Shown here piece by piece: positions 1-11,396 of a DNA stretch of 64,000 bases. A model generated the notes under the pieces. It had not been told where the DNA came from, ran no database searches, and was given only the letters and a program-made list of their open reading frames with translations. Made by a program: the position numbers and the translations under genes. The stretch covers positions 15,889 to 79,888 of the forward strand of contig CAZFTF010000004.1 of assembly GCA_964521495.1 (NCBI GenBank), given 5' to 3'. The stretch is from an uncultured Candidatus Peribacteria bacterium. GTDB taxonomy: Bacteria; Patescibacteriota; Gracilibacteria; BD1-5; JAGOOR01. How positions within the stretch are numbered: the stretch's first letter is position 1; each line of letters opens with the position of its first letter.

Positions 1-1217
1 TTTTGAGAAGACATATATTTTGAGTTGTTCATTCTATCATGAAAATACCATACTGGTATAAAAAATGGTCAATATGAGAGAGAATTTGAATCTTTGAGAC
101 TGAACTTGAAAGGAAAATCCAAGCCCAAGGAGATTCTGATGGCCAGGATGGCAGATTTCAGAAATATAGAGAAATGTATGAAGCTGCCAAAGGGGTACAG
201 GTAAGAGACTCGGTAGAAGTTACACGAACCATTGTTCACTTTGCTGTTCAATCTATAGAATGACAAAGGATTGCTGATGAAACGATTGATTATCAACTCT
301 GCGTAAAAGAGGGTATAGACCCAAGATTATTCGAATTTTGGAAAAAGAAAAATTATAAGAGTGATGATTGCTGTCGACAAGAGGGTGAATATAGAACTCA
401 TAGTACTAAAAACCCAAGTAGCCCCTATGCTTGGTTGGAACATTTTTCAGATGAGGATAAACTAATAGTTCGCCAAATTATATGAAGTGAAGCAGATTTG
501 GTGGTACCGATAGTGAGTCCTGGAGAAAAATTTAGTCAAATCCCAGTCTTAGGATGGGTGAATATACCGGGGAGTTCTTTTGAGCTGAGCAATAGAGTTA
601 TCTCTCAGTCAGACTTTATAAAATTCTATAATTGACTTCTTGATGGGGGTATCTCGCCAGATGATATCGAACGGAAGTTGCAATTTAGACCATCAGAAAC
701 CCACAATTTTATACAGTCTAATTGATCCGGACAGCAAGAAAAATATCCAGATAGGCCCATGACTCTTGTTTCACCAATAATTGCCATGGCATATTGTCTC
801 TGTAATTGATGATTATTACCCCACCCTGATGCGTATAGAAGGCAAAATTTTAGTATACAAGAGTATGAACGCCTCCTCAAGACAGCAAACTATTGAGACA
901 GGGTCTGAATAAAAAAGATTTGACAAACAGAGCCCGAAAGATGATTGTATGATTTTTATGGAAACACTTCAGAATTGACACTGAATGGTTTAGAGACAGG
1001 ATTTTTTGGAGGATCATATCAGGACAGTGTTCATCATCTGGATCAACAGGTAGAGATACCCTACATGTACAGAACGACTGAAATTTGATTTCGCATGCAA
1101 AGTTCTGCACATAATGAGATACTCAGTGTACAATGATTAAAGGCCATACTCGCTAGATCGCGGAGTGCTCACGATGTTTTTGTCGCTCTGGCTAGAATGA
1201 ATAGAAATAGCCTATAG
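1..1217 (+). CDS. Partial (5-prime truncated) protein with a C-terminal formylglycine-generating-enzyme/SUMF1-like domain
   Basis: The frame is open from the window edge to TAG 1215-1217 when more than ten in-frame TGA are read as Gly. The C-terminal half has FGE/SUMF1-type motifs (RPMTLVSPIIAMAYCLCNGGLLP, GLYDFYGNTSE). The minus-strand track ORFs here look like antisense noise. Confidence 0.45.
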
Positions 1218-1242
1218 CACTCTTACTATTTATGGGGTAATG

Positions 1243-1262
1243 CTCTCTATACGCATAGAGAG
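1243..1262 (+). terminator. Perfect 8-bp hairpin after the first CDS (no U-tract)
   Basis: CTCTCTAT-ACGC-ATAGAGAG lies 26 nt after the TAG at 1215-1217. It is not followed by a T-run, so it is only terminator-like. Confidence 0.3.
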
Positions 1263-1330
1263 GATATAAATATGTAAATTTATACTTGAATAAGTATGTT
1301 ATTTTCATGAATATCCGTATACTTTCCTCC

Positions 1331-1747
1331 ATGGAAATCAAACTCTTCGCCGCTACAAAAGCGTTTATCGTGTATCAGGGTAAAGTATTGCTCCTGCGAG
1401 AGTCTTCAAAATATATTGATGGCTCTAATGCGGGGAGCTATGATGTGGTCGGTGGACGCGTGACCCCTGGAGAGCGATTTGATGAGAGCTTACTTCGTGA
1501 GATATGAGAGGAAACAGGTTTATCAGTCAGGATAGGTCGCCCCTTTTTTGTGAATGAATGGCGACCGGTTGTGAGAGGGGAACAGTGGCAGGTAATTGGG
1601 ACATTTTTTGAGTGCTTTGCTGATTCTGATTCAGTAGCATTGAGTGGTGACCATTCGGAGTATATCTGGATTGATCCAGCGGATTTTCGAGAGTATCCGA
1701 TTATTCCCAATCTTGTAGCAGCATTTGAGAGTTATTTATCCCGGTAA
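1331..1747 (+). CDS. NUDIX hydrolase
   Basis: Track ORFs 1286..1507 and 1550..1747 share one frame, joined by TGA 1505-1507. That TGA sits inside the Nudix box GGRVTPGERFDESLLREI[G]EETGL. Start set at ATG 1331; ATG 1307 or TTG 1286 are possible. Confidence 0.85.
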
Positions 1748-1760
1748 TCTTCTTTATCTT

Positions 1761-2069
1761 ATGATTGATCTCCAAAAACTCCAACAAGAAATATACGCCA
1801 ATAAAATAGCAAAAGGTTTCAATGTGACTGATATGGCTCTCGAATTCTCCCTTACTCACGAAGAGTTGAGTGAGGCATTTCATGCCTATCGCAAAAAGCT
1901 TCCAGACCTTGGAGAAGAACTGGCTGATGTGATGATTTATCTCTTCGGAATGGCAGAGATTCTCGGCATTGATCTCGAGAAAGAAATTCTTCAAAAAGTA
2001 GAAAAGAATAAGAAACGTGAATATCAAACAATCGATGGGGTCTACGTCAGAACAAAAGAAGCACCCTAG
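1761..2069 (+). CDS. MazG-like nucleotide pyrophosphohydrolase
   Basis: MIDLQKLQQEIYANKIAKGF...THEELSEAFHAYRKK...LGEELADVMIYLFGMAEILGIDLEKEI matches the small all-alpha MazG/NTP-PPase pattern (E-E-x-x-E ... E-x-x-D). ATG 1761 sits 14 nt after the Nudix stop. Confidence 0.75.
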   Translation: MIDLQKLQQEIYANKIAKGFNVTDMALEFSLTHEELSEAFHAYRKKLPDLGEELADVMIYLFGMAEILGIDLEKEILQKVEKNKKREYQTIDGVYVRTKEAP

Positions 2070-2102
2070 AGTGCTCTTTTGTAAATATTTTGAAGAATAA
2101 AA

Positions 2103-2885
2103 TTATTGAGCCTCTTCCACGACTTCTGCAAGACTCTCTGCTGGTCTCAGCATAAATCCATCCTGATCGAATTGTTTGACCACCATTCTATCGTCAAAAG
2201 TAAAACCAAGGTCTTGTTTGTGTATTCTTTCCAAGAAAAACTTATACGCTATCACTTCTCCAGGGCTTTTTGGTACCCAGTTTCTGGCTTTCCCGAGCTT
2301 GGTTGAAATAGGTCTTGCTTTGAGCCATTCTGGGACATCTTTTTCATCCCATTGAGGGATCTGAAGCTGGGCAAGAGATGTAACTGGTACTCAGAGTTGA
2401 CCTGAGTTTTCAGGATTTACATCCATCATTACACGGAGTTCATTGACCGTGAGACCAATTTCTTGGAGCGCTTTTTGTATTTGTTCGAGAGTTTCGCTAC
2501 TATCGAGTATGCTATCGATAAGAATACGAGGATGTTCACCGTGAAGTAACGTTGTTATTTCGGAGGGGAATGTATGCACATTATTGACCTTTTTTGTAGC
2601 CACAAAACGAGACTGGGCTAAACGTGCAACGAGTTCTCCAAGAACAACACTGCCTCGAGTATCCGGTCCAATAATGATAGAGCCTGGAGTTATACCTTGA
2701 GCGAGAAGACCACTCACTTTCTTACCGACACCAGAATGATTGAGGTAGGTATCTATATCAGGATATTCTGCACAGTGATTTCCAGTTTCGCAGACAACAT
2801 GGTTACCAGTTACATATGAACCGTTCTTATGTATATCAGTGAGTATTTCATGAGGATCATGGATGATTCGAGAAGAAGCGGGCAT
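2103..2885 (-). CDS. Phosphoribosyltransferase-like protein
   Basis: Track ORF 2391..2885 continues through TGA 2391-2393 to TAA 2103-2105. It has PRTase-type motifs IIIGPDTRGSVVLGELVARL and PRILIDSILDSSETL (a degenerate PRPP loop). Confidence 0.5.
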
Positions 2886-3022
2886 AAGAGAAAAGTTAAA
2901 AGTAATTCTATTAAATTATTTTACTGAATTAATTATTTTGTCAAAATACTTTTCAGTCATACAACCATGGATTGATTTTTTGGTTTTAGTACATACACTG
3001 AAAAGTCCTTAATACAATTTTT

Positions 3023-3511
3023 ATGAAAAAAATATTTTCCTGGATGAGTGTAGCTATTATCGTAGTGGCCTTGGCATTCTTTTTATACACACAGCGAGCA
3101 AATGCTCCTGTAATTGTAGAGGATGTCTCAGTCACCATAGAATCTGAGATAACTCAATGAAAGCTTTCTCCTGAGACAGCAAATAGTGCATTGGAAATGA
3201 TTGAGGTGACTTCACCACTTCCAAATACTGCAATTACAAGTCCAATGACTCTTACGGGACGAGCTCGTGGGCCATGGTACTTCGAGGCATCATTTCCTAT
3301 TGAGCTCCGAGATGCAAATAATGTCCTGATAACGACAGTAGTGGCTCAGGCTCAGTGAGAATGGATGACAGAAGATTTTGTCCCTTTTACAGCGACTCTC
3401 ACATTTCCTGCTCAACCAGCTGGTAGCCAGGGGATGCTCGTATTCAAAAACGATAATCCATCGGGTGAACCACAAAATAGCATGATGTTTGATATTCCTG
3501 TGACTTTTTAG
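3023..3511 (+). CDS. Secreted Gmad2 immunoglobulin-like domain protein
   Basis: ATG 3023 to TAG 3509-3511, 163 codons, 2 in-frame TGA. It has an N-terminal signal/TM (MKKIFSWMSVAIIVVALAFFLY) and the Gmad2-type core GRARGPWYFEASFPIELRDANNVLITTVVAQAQGEWMTEDFVPFTATLTF...VFKNDNPSGE. Confidence 0.7.
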
Positions 3512-3530
3512 TGTTTTTCAAAGATTTTAA

Positions 3531-3560
3531 AACCCCACCAAATTTGGTGGGGTTTTTTGT
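3531..3560 (+). terminator. Rho-independent terminator
   Basis: CCCCACCA-AATT-TGGTGGGG followed by TTTTTT, 20 nt after the Gmad2 stop. Confidence 0.75.
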
Positions 3561-3573
3561 TGTTGATTGGTAA

Positions 3574-4038
3574 TTAGAGGCGTAATCCGAGCAATATTCG
3601 CTCAATGATTGAAAAACGGATTGATGGATTTTCTGGAATAAAATTTGAAAGAAAAACTCGTAAATCTTCGATATCCACAGCGGGATCGACGAAAATATCG
3701 AGACTGTTAATAAAGTGATTTTTTATAACAATACGAAGAATCGTCGGTCATTCTGTAATTCGAATAATGCCAAATTCTCCTATTTTTAAATATGTATTGA
3801 GGTCGCCATTGATAGAGATGCCAAGTGAATTGATATCAACATGGGTTAATTCGGGAGCATTGATATCGTAGAGGAGATAGACGCCTACAAAAAGAATCCC
3901 AATGATACCAAGAGGATAAGCCCCAAGCAAAAAACTTACCACGATAAGAGTGAGGATAAGGGTGATAGCGATCATATACCACTGTTTTCATCGTTGAAAT
4001 CGTGTTTCAAAAGCCCATGAATAGACGGGAGTTTCCAT
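3574..4038 (-). CDS. Hypothetical membrane protein (two TM helices plus a soluble C-terminal domain)
   Basis: Track ORF 3748..3975 extends through TGA codons in both directions: ATG 4036-4038 to TAA 3574-3576. It starts 5 nt after the stop of the upstream pilin-like gene. Confidence 0.5.
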
Positions 4039-4042
4039 AAAT

Positions 4043-4390
4043 TTAGAGATTATCGATAACGAAATTGACGATGACCCAAGATGACCACGAAATAATCGCT
4101 CCTATAATGGCCATTTTTATTGCTGTTTTTCCAGTTTCTTTTGCTTTTTCACTGACTCCACCAAAGACATACATTAATGCTCACAGAAGTATAATTCCGA
4201 GACTGATATAACCAACAAAAGAAAGAAGAGTACTCGCTACACTGACAATAATACAGGGTATTTTATCAAATGAAATATCACCATTTCTTAATTGGTCTTT
4301 TGTAATACATCCAGCTCATTCAAAAATTGATTTTGATTGAGCGAGACTGACACGGGTTGCGAGGAGAATGAGAAAAACAATTATTCGCAT
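4043..4390 (-). CDS. TrbC/VirB2-type (T4SS pilin-like) small membrane protein
   Basis: ATG 4388-4390 to TAA 4043-4045, 2 in-frame TGA. Signal peptide MRIIVFLILLATRVSLAQ is followed by two TM helices flanking GGVSEKAKETGKTAIK. This layout is typical of VirB2/TrbC-like proteins of CPR genomes. Confidence 0.6.
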
Positions 4391-5130
4391 AAGAGAGAGA
4401 TGAGAAGCTGATCGATGAGATATTTAGCGATAGTGTTGGTGGTCTCAAGGGCGAGACGAGTTTCGCGGATATATTTGGCGTTTCTCGAAGATAGTGTACC
4501 ACTCAGTACTGCGTTTTGCAATCAAGCGACTACCCAAAGTGCTTGCTCTTTTTTGAATTCTTTGCCTAATGTGAGAGCAAAAAGCCCCTCAGGACGTCCG
4601 ACAATAAAATCATCAATTGCTCCTTGGAGGGGATTTTCTCCTCGCTGAATACCTTCGGAACCCAGTGTGATAATGCGTGACTGGAGGGTGGGAATGATTT
4701 TTTCTGGCGTTTGACTGGTGACGAGGATCAGGAGTCTCTGGGGTACATCTTCAAATACTTTGAGAAGAGCATTGTGAGCGTTCATCGTGAGGGCATCGAG
4801 ATTGAGAAAGAGCGCGACAAAGATGTCTCACGCAGGAGTCTGGTAGAGTTTCTCGGTGAATGCGCGCGTTTTTTCTACTCCATGATTTTTAGAGGCCCTA
4901 TCCGCACAATCATACCAGAGAAAATCAGTCATACTTTTTTCTTGCGATTCTTCAAGGGAAGTGATCTCGATATCAAAAATATCATTGATGACGTCACAGG
5001 CTGTCCCTTCTGATACGAGGAGTGGCGCAGACTGACCCCCAGATCTGAGCGTTTCAATAATCGATGTGATTCTTTCAGAGAGCATATGGGAATTATAGGG
5101 ATTTTGGGGAATACCGCAAAACTCTTTCAA
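4381..5130 (-). CDS. holB: DNA polymerase III delta-prime subunit (HolB-like)
   Basis: Track ORFs 4522..4785 and 4828..5130 share one frame, joined by TGA. NAHNALLKVFEDVPQRLLILVTSQTPEKIIPTLQSRI is the clamp-loader delta-prime signature. Start is TTG 5130 (ATG 5085 is an alternative). The TAA at 4381-4383 overlaps the next gene's start. Confidence 0.7.
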
Positions 5131-5179
5131 AATTGTAAAAAAGACAATATCACTATACTATGATTTATACTATCTCATT

Positions 5180-6061
5180 ATGTCTTTTCTCCTTTTTCTT
5201 CGGGATAAAGTGTTGCCTAAATTCACCCTTCTCTGTATTGTAATTGGTGGATTTTGGGGTATTGGATGGCTCTTTGCGCAGACATACTTTTGGAATACTT
5301 CGGATGTTACTTTTCTCATCGATGAGGAGATCACCTCGGTAAAAATAAATATCTCAGCGAGAATTATTTACCGAGATATTCCGCTTTTTTGGTGAGACAT
5401 ATATCCTTTTCACCTCACTCTGCCCTATAGTCGTGAGATAAAATGTGTAAAGGAGTGTATTTTTTCCGATATTCCAGCAGGGGATGCAAGGGTAATTTTT
5501 ACTGATCACATGGGTGCTACACAAAGCGAAAAGGTAATTATTACGGCCGACACACAATGAGTAATTGATATGCGCATGCCTATTCGGGTACGGGAAGTAA
5601 TGGTGGAAAAGATAATAAAAAATCAAAACGATATTTCAAAAACAGACATTATTCCAGGAAGTATTCTCTCTGCAAATACCGTTCAAGGTCTTTGGTTGTT
5701 TTATGACAAATGACTCCTCTTCCTGTATGATGCCTCCACACAACAAAAGATACTCCTCTCAAACACCACCAAGATTCGCGCAGTGGCACGATGAATGCAG
5801 GACGGAGTGTATTATTTTACGACCGATACAAACGAGGTAGAGATATTTGACCGATACGGACGACAAAAAACTGAGAAGGTCACTCATTCTGACTTCAAAG
5901 ATCAGGATCTTATCTGGGAAATACGAAATGGGGAAGTCACCACCAGGCTGGTTTCTGGAGAAAAAACAAGAGTATTATTTGGAAGGCTATTCTGGTTTTT
6001 GATTGAAGAAAAACCATATCTTTTTGATGGAGAGAAAGTATTTGAGATAATAAATAATTAA
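5180..6061 (+). CDS. Hypothetical membrane-anchored protein
   Basis: Track ORFs 5180..5395 and 5795..6061 are in the same frame. The stretch between them has only TGA codons (four), with no TAA or TAG. There is an N-terminal TM (FTLLCIVIGGFWGIGWLFA). Confidence 0.55.
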
Positions 6062-6191
6062 TCTGTCAATATTTGTGTTTTTCCTTTTCCCTCGTTTTTT
6101 GCTATACTGAAAGGGAATTATTTGATATGAAAAGAATTTGGTCGCCAGATTCTTTTTTTTACCAAAAATACGTATTTCTTAATATTTTTTT

Positions 6192-7262
6192 ATGCTCGAT
6201 CTCAAAGCTATTGAAGTCGCCATCAACCATATTGCTGCTGAGCGATGACTCCACCGTGATGATCTCATCGAAATCATCGAAGCTGCTATCCGTACTGCCT
6301 ACAAAAAAGACTATGGAGATAAGGATGAATCTGTCAATGTAAAACTCGATTTCGAATCTGGTGAAATCACTATAACTGTCGAAAAAGAAGTCGTTGAGGT
6401 AGTAGAAAATCCTCATACTCAGATTGCTCGTGCTGATCTCTGAGAAGATGCTGATGCTTTTGAAATCGGTGATATCATCGAAATCGATGCGAGTGATGTC
6501 CTCCGTGATAATCCTCAGGTCTTTGGTCGTATTGCTTCTCAGGCTGCACGCCAGGTTATCATACAGAAAATCGGTGATTCAGAGAAGGCAAAAGTCTTTG
6601 AGCTCTTCAAAGACAAGCAAGGAGATATCGTGAATGTCCGAGTAGATATGGTCGAAAACGATCGTGTCTTCGTAGAATTCAATGGTTCACAAGTTCTCCT
6701 CCCACGAAGCGAACAAGTAAGTCGTGACAAGTATACACCAGGAATGCGTATCTATACGTATGTCAAAAAAGTCGAAGATGAAGGAAAAGGAGATCCTAAA
6801 GTGATTCTCTCACGCAAGGATCCACAACTCGTTGCGAAGCTTTTTGAGCTCAGTACACCAGAGCTCGAAGATAACACCATCGAGATTGTTCGTATTGTTC
6901 GTGAGGCAGGATTTAAGACAAAAATTATTGTGGCTTCAGAGTTTGAAGAAGTCGATCCAGCTGGAGCACTCATTGGTCCAAAAGGTATCCGAGTGAAAGC
7001 AGTCGTTGAGGAACTCTTTGGAGAAAAGGTAGATGTGATTAACTATACTGACAATGCTCGTGAGCTCGTCGCACAAGCACTCAATCCAGCGAAAATTCTC
7101 GATGTACAATTTGATGAAAATGATGTCGCAGTGGTGACTGTTCCAAAAGAAGATGAAGTACGGGCTATCGGTCGAAGCGGAGGAAATGTCCGTCTCGCAG
7201 AGCAGCTCACTGGATACCGTATCCGACTTATCGGTGTGGAGAGTGAAGCGCCACAGGCTTAA
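6192..7262 (+). CDS. nusA: Transcription termination/antitermination factor NusA
   Basis: ATG 6192 is in frame with track ORF 6630..7262, with 2 in-frame TGA. It has the NusA N-domain, an S1 domain (GDIVNVRVDMVENDRVFVEF) and KH domains (GALIGPKGIRVKAV, AIGRSGGNVRLAEQLTGYRI). Confidence 0.9.
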
Positions 7263-7286
7263 TTTATTTTTAACTTTTTTACTTTT

Positions 7287-7559
7287 ATGGCTGACAAGAA
7301 ATATATCGGAGGTTCTGCAAAGACAGTCTCTACACAGTATGGCGAGATCATGAATCTCTCACTCAAGCTCGAGGATATGCAAGCAATTGCAAATGAGAAA
7401 GGATACGTCAATATGACTGTTCTCAAGAGAAAGGAGCCAGGACAATATGGTGATACACATTATGTCGTAGAAAATGACTACAACAAAAATCGTGAAAATG
7501 CAGGAGGAGGTGCTGGTCCCGTCACTACCCCGGCAACTGAAATGGATGTACCATTTTAA
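7287..7559 (+). CDS. Small protein with a Gly-rich linker and an SSB-like acidic C-terminal tip (..EMDVPF)
   Basis: Intact 90-aa ORF 24 nt after nusA. The C-terminus ...NAGGGAGPVTTPATEMDVPF resembles the SSB tail (DDDIPF). The N-terminal 65 aa could form a small OB-like module. Confidence 0.6.
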   Translation: MADKKYIGGSAKTVSTQYGEIMNLSLKLEDMQAIANEKGYVNMTVLKRKEPGQYGDTHYVVENDYNKNRENAGGGAGPVTTPATEMDVPF

Positions 7560-7777
7560 TCCACCATTATTTTATGAATAAGAAAAATATGCCTCAAAAA
7601 AAGTGGTTTTTGCCTCAAAATATTTACAATGTTTATTGTTCTTATCTTAATGATACTTTTACTGGGATTCTCGGTCAATGAAGTAAAAAGAGAAAATCAA
7701 AGAAAGTTTTAGCGTCGGATGAACATGTGACAAATTAGATTAAAAAAATAGGAATCTCTTTCAAAAAATAGATATTT

Positions 7778-8470
7778 TTATCCTCTATACCCCTTACAGA
7801 CGACATATTCCTCAAAGCTCCTGTCACGACAGGCTTCAGGTTTGATACATTTCACGATTTTAAATTTATTCTTTGCCTGATCGAGGACACGATTCAGATC
7901 TCGACCGACAAATATCTTCATCACGAGATTACCTCCTGGAGCGAGGAATTTATCAGCAATTTTTATCACTTCGAGGCAGAGCATAGAGCTATTATATTGG
8001 TCATCATCATTGCGTCCTGTTGTATTTGGCGCGACATCTGAGGTGATGAGGTCACATCGTCGGAGTCACATATCAGAAAAATACTTTTTGATTGCAGTAT
8101 GCGTTTCGAGATGCGTCATGTCACCGATGAGAGTCGTGATATTTTTTTGTGCGAATTTTTTCACTTCTTGGAGATCGATTCCAAGAACCTGTCCATTTTC
8201 CCCGACGGCGTGGACGAGTACTTGCATCCAGCTGCCTGGCGCACACCCAAGATCGATGACACTCATTCCAGGGTTGATGATATGCATGGCTTCCTCGAGC
8301 TGTATCAGCTTAAAGGCACTTCGTGCACGGTATCATGCAGCCTTCGCTTTATGAAACCAAGTGTCCTGCACTTGATACCCTCATCGATTGGCTATTCGAG
8401 GAGCTTGGATTTTTTTCTTTTTTATGGTAATTGGTTTTTTCTTCAGCGAGGGGGGGGATTTCTTTATCAT
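7778..8470 (-). CDS. rlmE: 23S rRNA (uridine2552-2-prime-O)-methyltransferase RlmE/FtsJ
   Basis: Track ORFs 7778..7984 and 8066..8287 plus an upstream extension to ATG 8468-8470 share one frame. Motifs: YRARSAFKLIQL, VIDLGCAPGSWMQV, DLITSDVAPNTTG, LAPGGNLVMKIF. Confidence 0.85.
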
Positions 8471-8473
8471 AGG

Positions 8474-9124
8474 CTAGATGATAATAACGATTTCTCCTCG
8501 AAAGATACCTTTTTCCGCAAGTTCGTATAATTCATCGAGTGTTCCTCGGTGATAGGTCTCGTGAATTTTGGTGAGTTCACGGGCTACACAGGCGGTTTTT
8601 TCTCCTCAAAATGTTTTCCTGAGATCATCAAGTGTCTTACTAATTCTGTGAGGTGATTCGTAGATAATGGCTGTGTAGTCTTTCTCAGCGAGTTCTTTTA
8701 AAAGCGTCTGTTTTCATTTCTTGAGAGGCAGAAATCCGAGAAAACGGAAATCGTGCATATGCATCCCAGAACCAATCAGTGCCGTTAGTACTGCCGAGGC
8801 ACCTGGAATTGGTTCGATTTTTATACCTTGTGCGACAGCTTCCTGAATGAGGAGATAGGCGGGATCAGAGATACCTGGAGTGCCCGCATCAGAGATATAG
8901 GCGATATGTTTTTCTTTCGCGAGTTCAATAATTTTTGCTGCTTGTTCTCGTGTGCTATGACTATGAAAACTCTGCAAGGGTTTTGAAATCTCAAAATGTT
9001 TCAACATAGAACCACTATGTCTGGTATCTTCACAGACAATGATATCACATTCTCGGAGTGTTCGAAGGGCTCGGAGGGTGATGTCTTCCAGATTTCAGAT
9101 AGGAGTAGAGACAAGAGAGAGCAT
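8474..9124 (-). CDS. rsmI: 16S rRNA (cytidine1402-2-prime-O)-methyltransferase RsmI
   Basis: ATG 9122-9124 to TAG 8474-8476. The N-terminus MLSLVSTPI[TGA]NLEDITLRALRTL matches the conserved TPIGNL motif. The middle matches track ORF 8714..9007 (SDAGTPGISDPAYLL). Confidence 0.85.
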
Positions 9125-9275
9125 AAAAAATATCAATGTGAAATATGAGAGTAGTATAAAGATATATTTCTGTTGTCACTAAAAATGAGTCTTTATAATT
9201 CCCCAGCGCATATATTTGACTTATACATTATTTTAGTTTATAGTAATAAAGAGCATTTCTTACTAGAATTCAATT

Positions 9276-10841
9276 ATGAACTATGCTGGACTAATATGAG
9301 GACTTGGTATTTTCCTTTTTGGGATGATTCTTTTTGAAGAAACTATACGATCATTTAGTATACACTCTCTTCGCAGAATACTCAAAAAATCTACGAGCAA
9401 TCGTTTTAAAAGTATGTTTGTTGGAATCATACAAACGATCGTCCTACAGAGCAGCACGGTAGCTACTATGATGACGCTTGGTTTTGTAGGAGCAGGAGTA
9501 TTAGGGGTCTTGAATGCGCTCGGTATAGTGATAGGTGCAAATATCGGTACCACGCTGACACCATGGGTAATTGCAATTTTGTGATTTAATTTCCAAATTG
9601 ATGCATTTGCACTTCCGATGATTGGGATAGGAGCTCTATTGTTGATGATATGACCGTCCAAATTACATCATACCTCAAAGATTGTAGTCGGTTTCTGATT
9701 TATTTTTTTAGGGCTTGATTTTATGAAGGAGAGTGTAGAGGCTCTACGATCCTCTGTGTCGCTTGATCAATTTAGTCATTTTCCTTTTCTATGATTTGTA
9801 TTGTTAGGTCTTGCTATTACAGTCGTTATCCAGACAAGTACGGGTGCTACTGTGATTTTTCTGACTGCCCTCAATGCGGACCTGATAACACTCGATATCT
9901 CTCTTGCACTTGTCATAGGAGCAAATCTATGATCAGCTGTTTCGACAACCATCATGGGCATATTATCAAGTAAAAAGGATCAACATGAGAAGCGACAAGT
10001 AGCTCTTGGTCATTTTTTATTTAATGTTGTTACATTTCTCATAGTATTACCTATATATCCTCTTATATATAAGAATCTTTTTATGATTCTTGGGGCTGAC
10101 GCATCGCCTGTCTTATTACTCGCTTTGTTCCATACTTTGTATAATGTTATTCTTGCCGCAGTTTGTTTACCATTTTTACAGCCTATAATCCGAGTTTTAA
10201 ATAAAATATTTCCTGCCCCAAAGAACACTTTAGGACTTTTGATTGAACATATTGACCCATACAATACGGAAGAACTTCTTGCAGCTCTCATAACTGATAC
10301 TGGCACGCTTCTTGAAAAAACGCGTGTATATAGTCGAAGTATTTGGCGTCTCGAATGACAAAATGCTTATGGGAAATCATCTGACTATTATGTTGACATC
10401 AAAAAAATGGAATGACTCCTTCTCAATACTATGACTCATGCTTCATTCAATCATGATCATGAGCACCAACGCGCTTTTCAGGATATGAAACATCTTATCA
10501 TGGAGGTCATAGTGAGTAGTAAATATCTGAAGGATATATCACATCATATTGATAGCCTCTATGCGCAAAAGGATCATATCACTATGCAGAAGAGCTTTCT
10601 TTTTCTCCAAGAAACTATCGATACATACACGAGATATTCGGATGAAAAACAAAAAATCCTTTCCATGACATGACACGACCTCGATATTCTCTCTCGTCTC
10701 AATATTGAATATGACCCTGAAGTAAACACATCAGAGATACTCAAGGTCACCTATTATGTCCAGCTATCACTTCATGCTCTTACGCGTGCCCAAAAGGTGT
10801 GGCATACATTGGCTCATCATCATGCTCATCCTGCTGCATAA
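9276..10841 (+). CDS. Na+/phosphate cotransporter family protein (NptA-like, with a PhoU-like C-terminal region)
   Basis: Track ORFs 9324..9584, 9954..10358 and 10431..10673 lie in frame 0, joined by TGA. Motifs: GLGIFLFGM, QSSTVATMMTLGFV, GANIGTTLT and the repeat QTSTGATVIFLTAL..GANL. Confidence 0.8.
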
Positions 10842-11115
10842 GCTGAAATCTTTGAACCATTTTCCCATTCCATTCTACCATTTCGTCCCACATCGAGAGA
10901 GGACGGGCAGTAAAATCACATCATTCTTGCCAACTACATTCATAGAGGGGTTTATAGATCACGAGGATTTCATCAGTTTCAGAATGCTTTGCAGTTCCGA
11001 TAACTTCATAGACATGATCATTTCACCCAGTGGATTTGTAGTGACGGTAATGTGATCCGATGGTTATCATTTTGTAGAGGGCAAATCTGTTAGAATTTCT
11101 TCCAATTGTCCGCAT
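10780..11115 (-). CDS. DUF1653 domain protein
   Basis: SHYRHYKSTGGNDHVYEVIGTAKHSETDEILVIYKPLYE...ARPLSMWDEMVEWNGKMVQRF matches the DUF1653 pattern. The start is uncertain (ATG 11115, 11070 or 11202). The 3-prime end overlaps the Na/Pi gene convergently. Confidence 0.6.
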
Positions 11116-11396
11116 GACCAAGGGCGTGTTTGTAATGCTTGTAAAATCAATGCTTGTGTATTTTTTGGAAGTTCTGAAAAGGATATTCTCTTTTGTTTGC
11201 ATTCGTTTGCTATTTCTACCAAAGGACCCAGTATTTGATACTCTATTAAAGTTTGCAGCGCTTTATCGAGCTCTGATGATTCCTTGCGTGGAAGAAGTCA
11301 TCCTATTCTTGTACAAAAAGTTCTAATCTGTTCAAAAGGTCCCGATTTTCGTGTTAAGGTATGAGCAGTATTTGAGAGCAAAAGAGGTCGCATACA

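Noticed and set aside
1150-2085. Possible CIRCE half-sites (GAGTGCTC at about 1163 and about 2070).
   Set aside because: Neither has the partner TTAGCACTC at N9 spacing. The second is just a 5-bp hairpin after the MazG-like gene stop.
7574-7738. A 54-aa ORF (MNKKNMPQKKWFLPQNIY...) in the gap after the SSB-tail gene, containing a short direct repeat GCCTCAAAA.
   Set aside because: It is too short and compositionally unremarkable to support as a gene without comparative or expression data.
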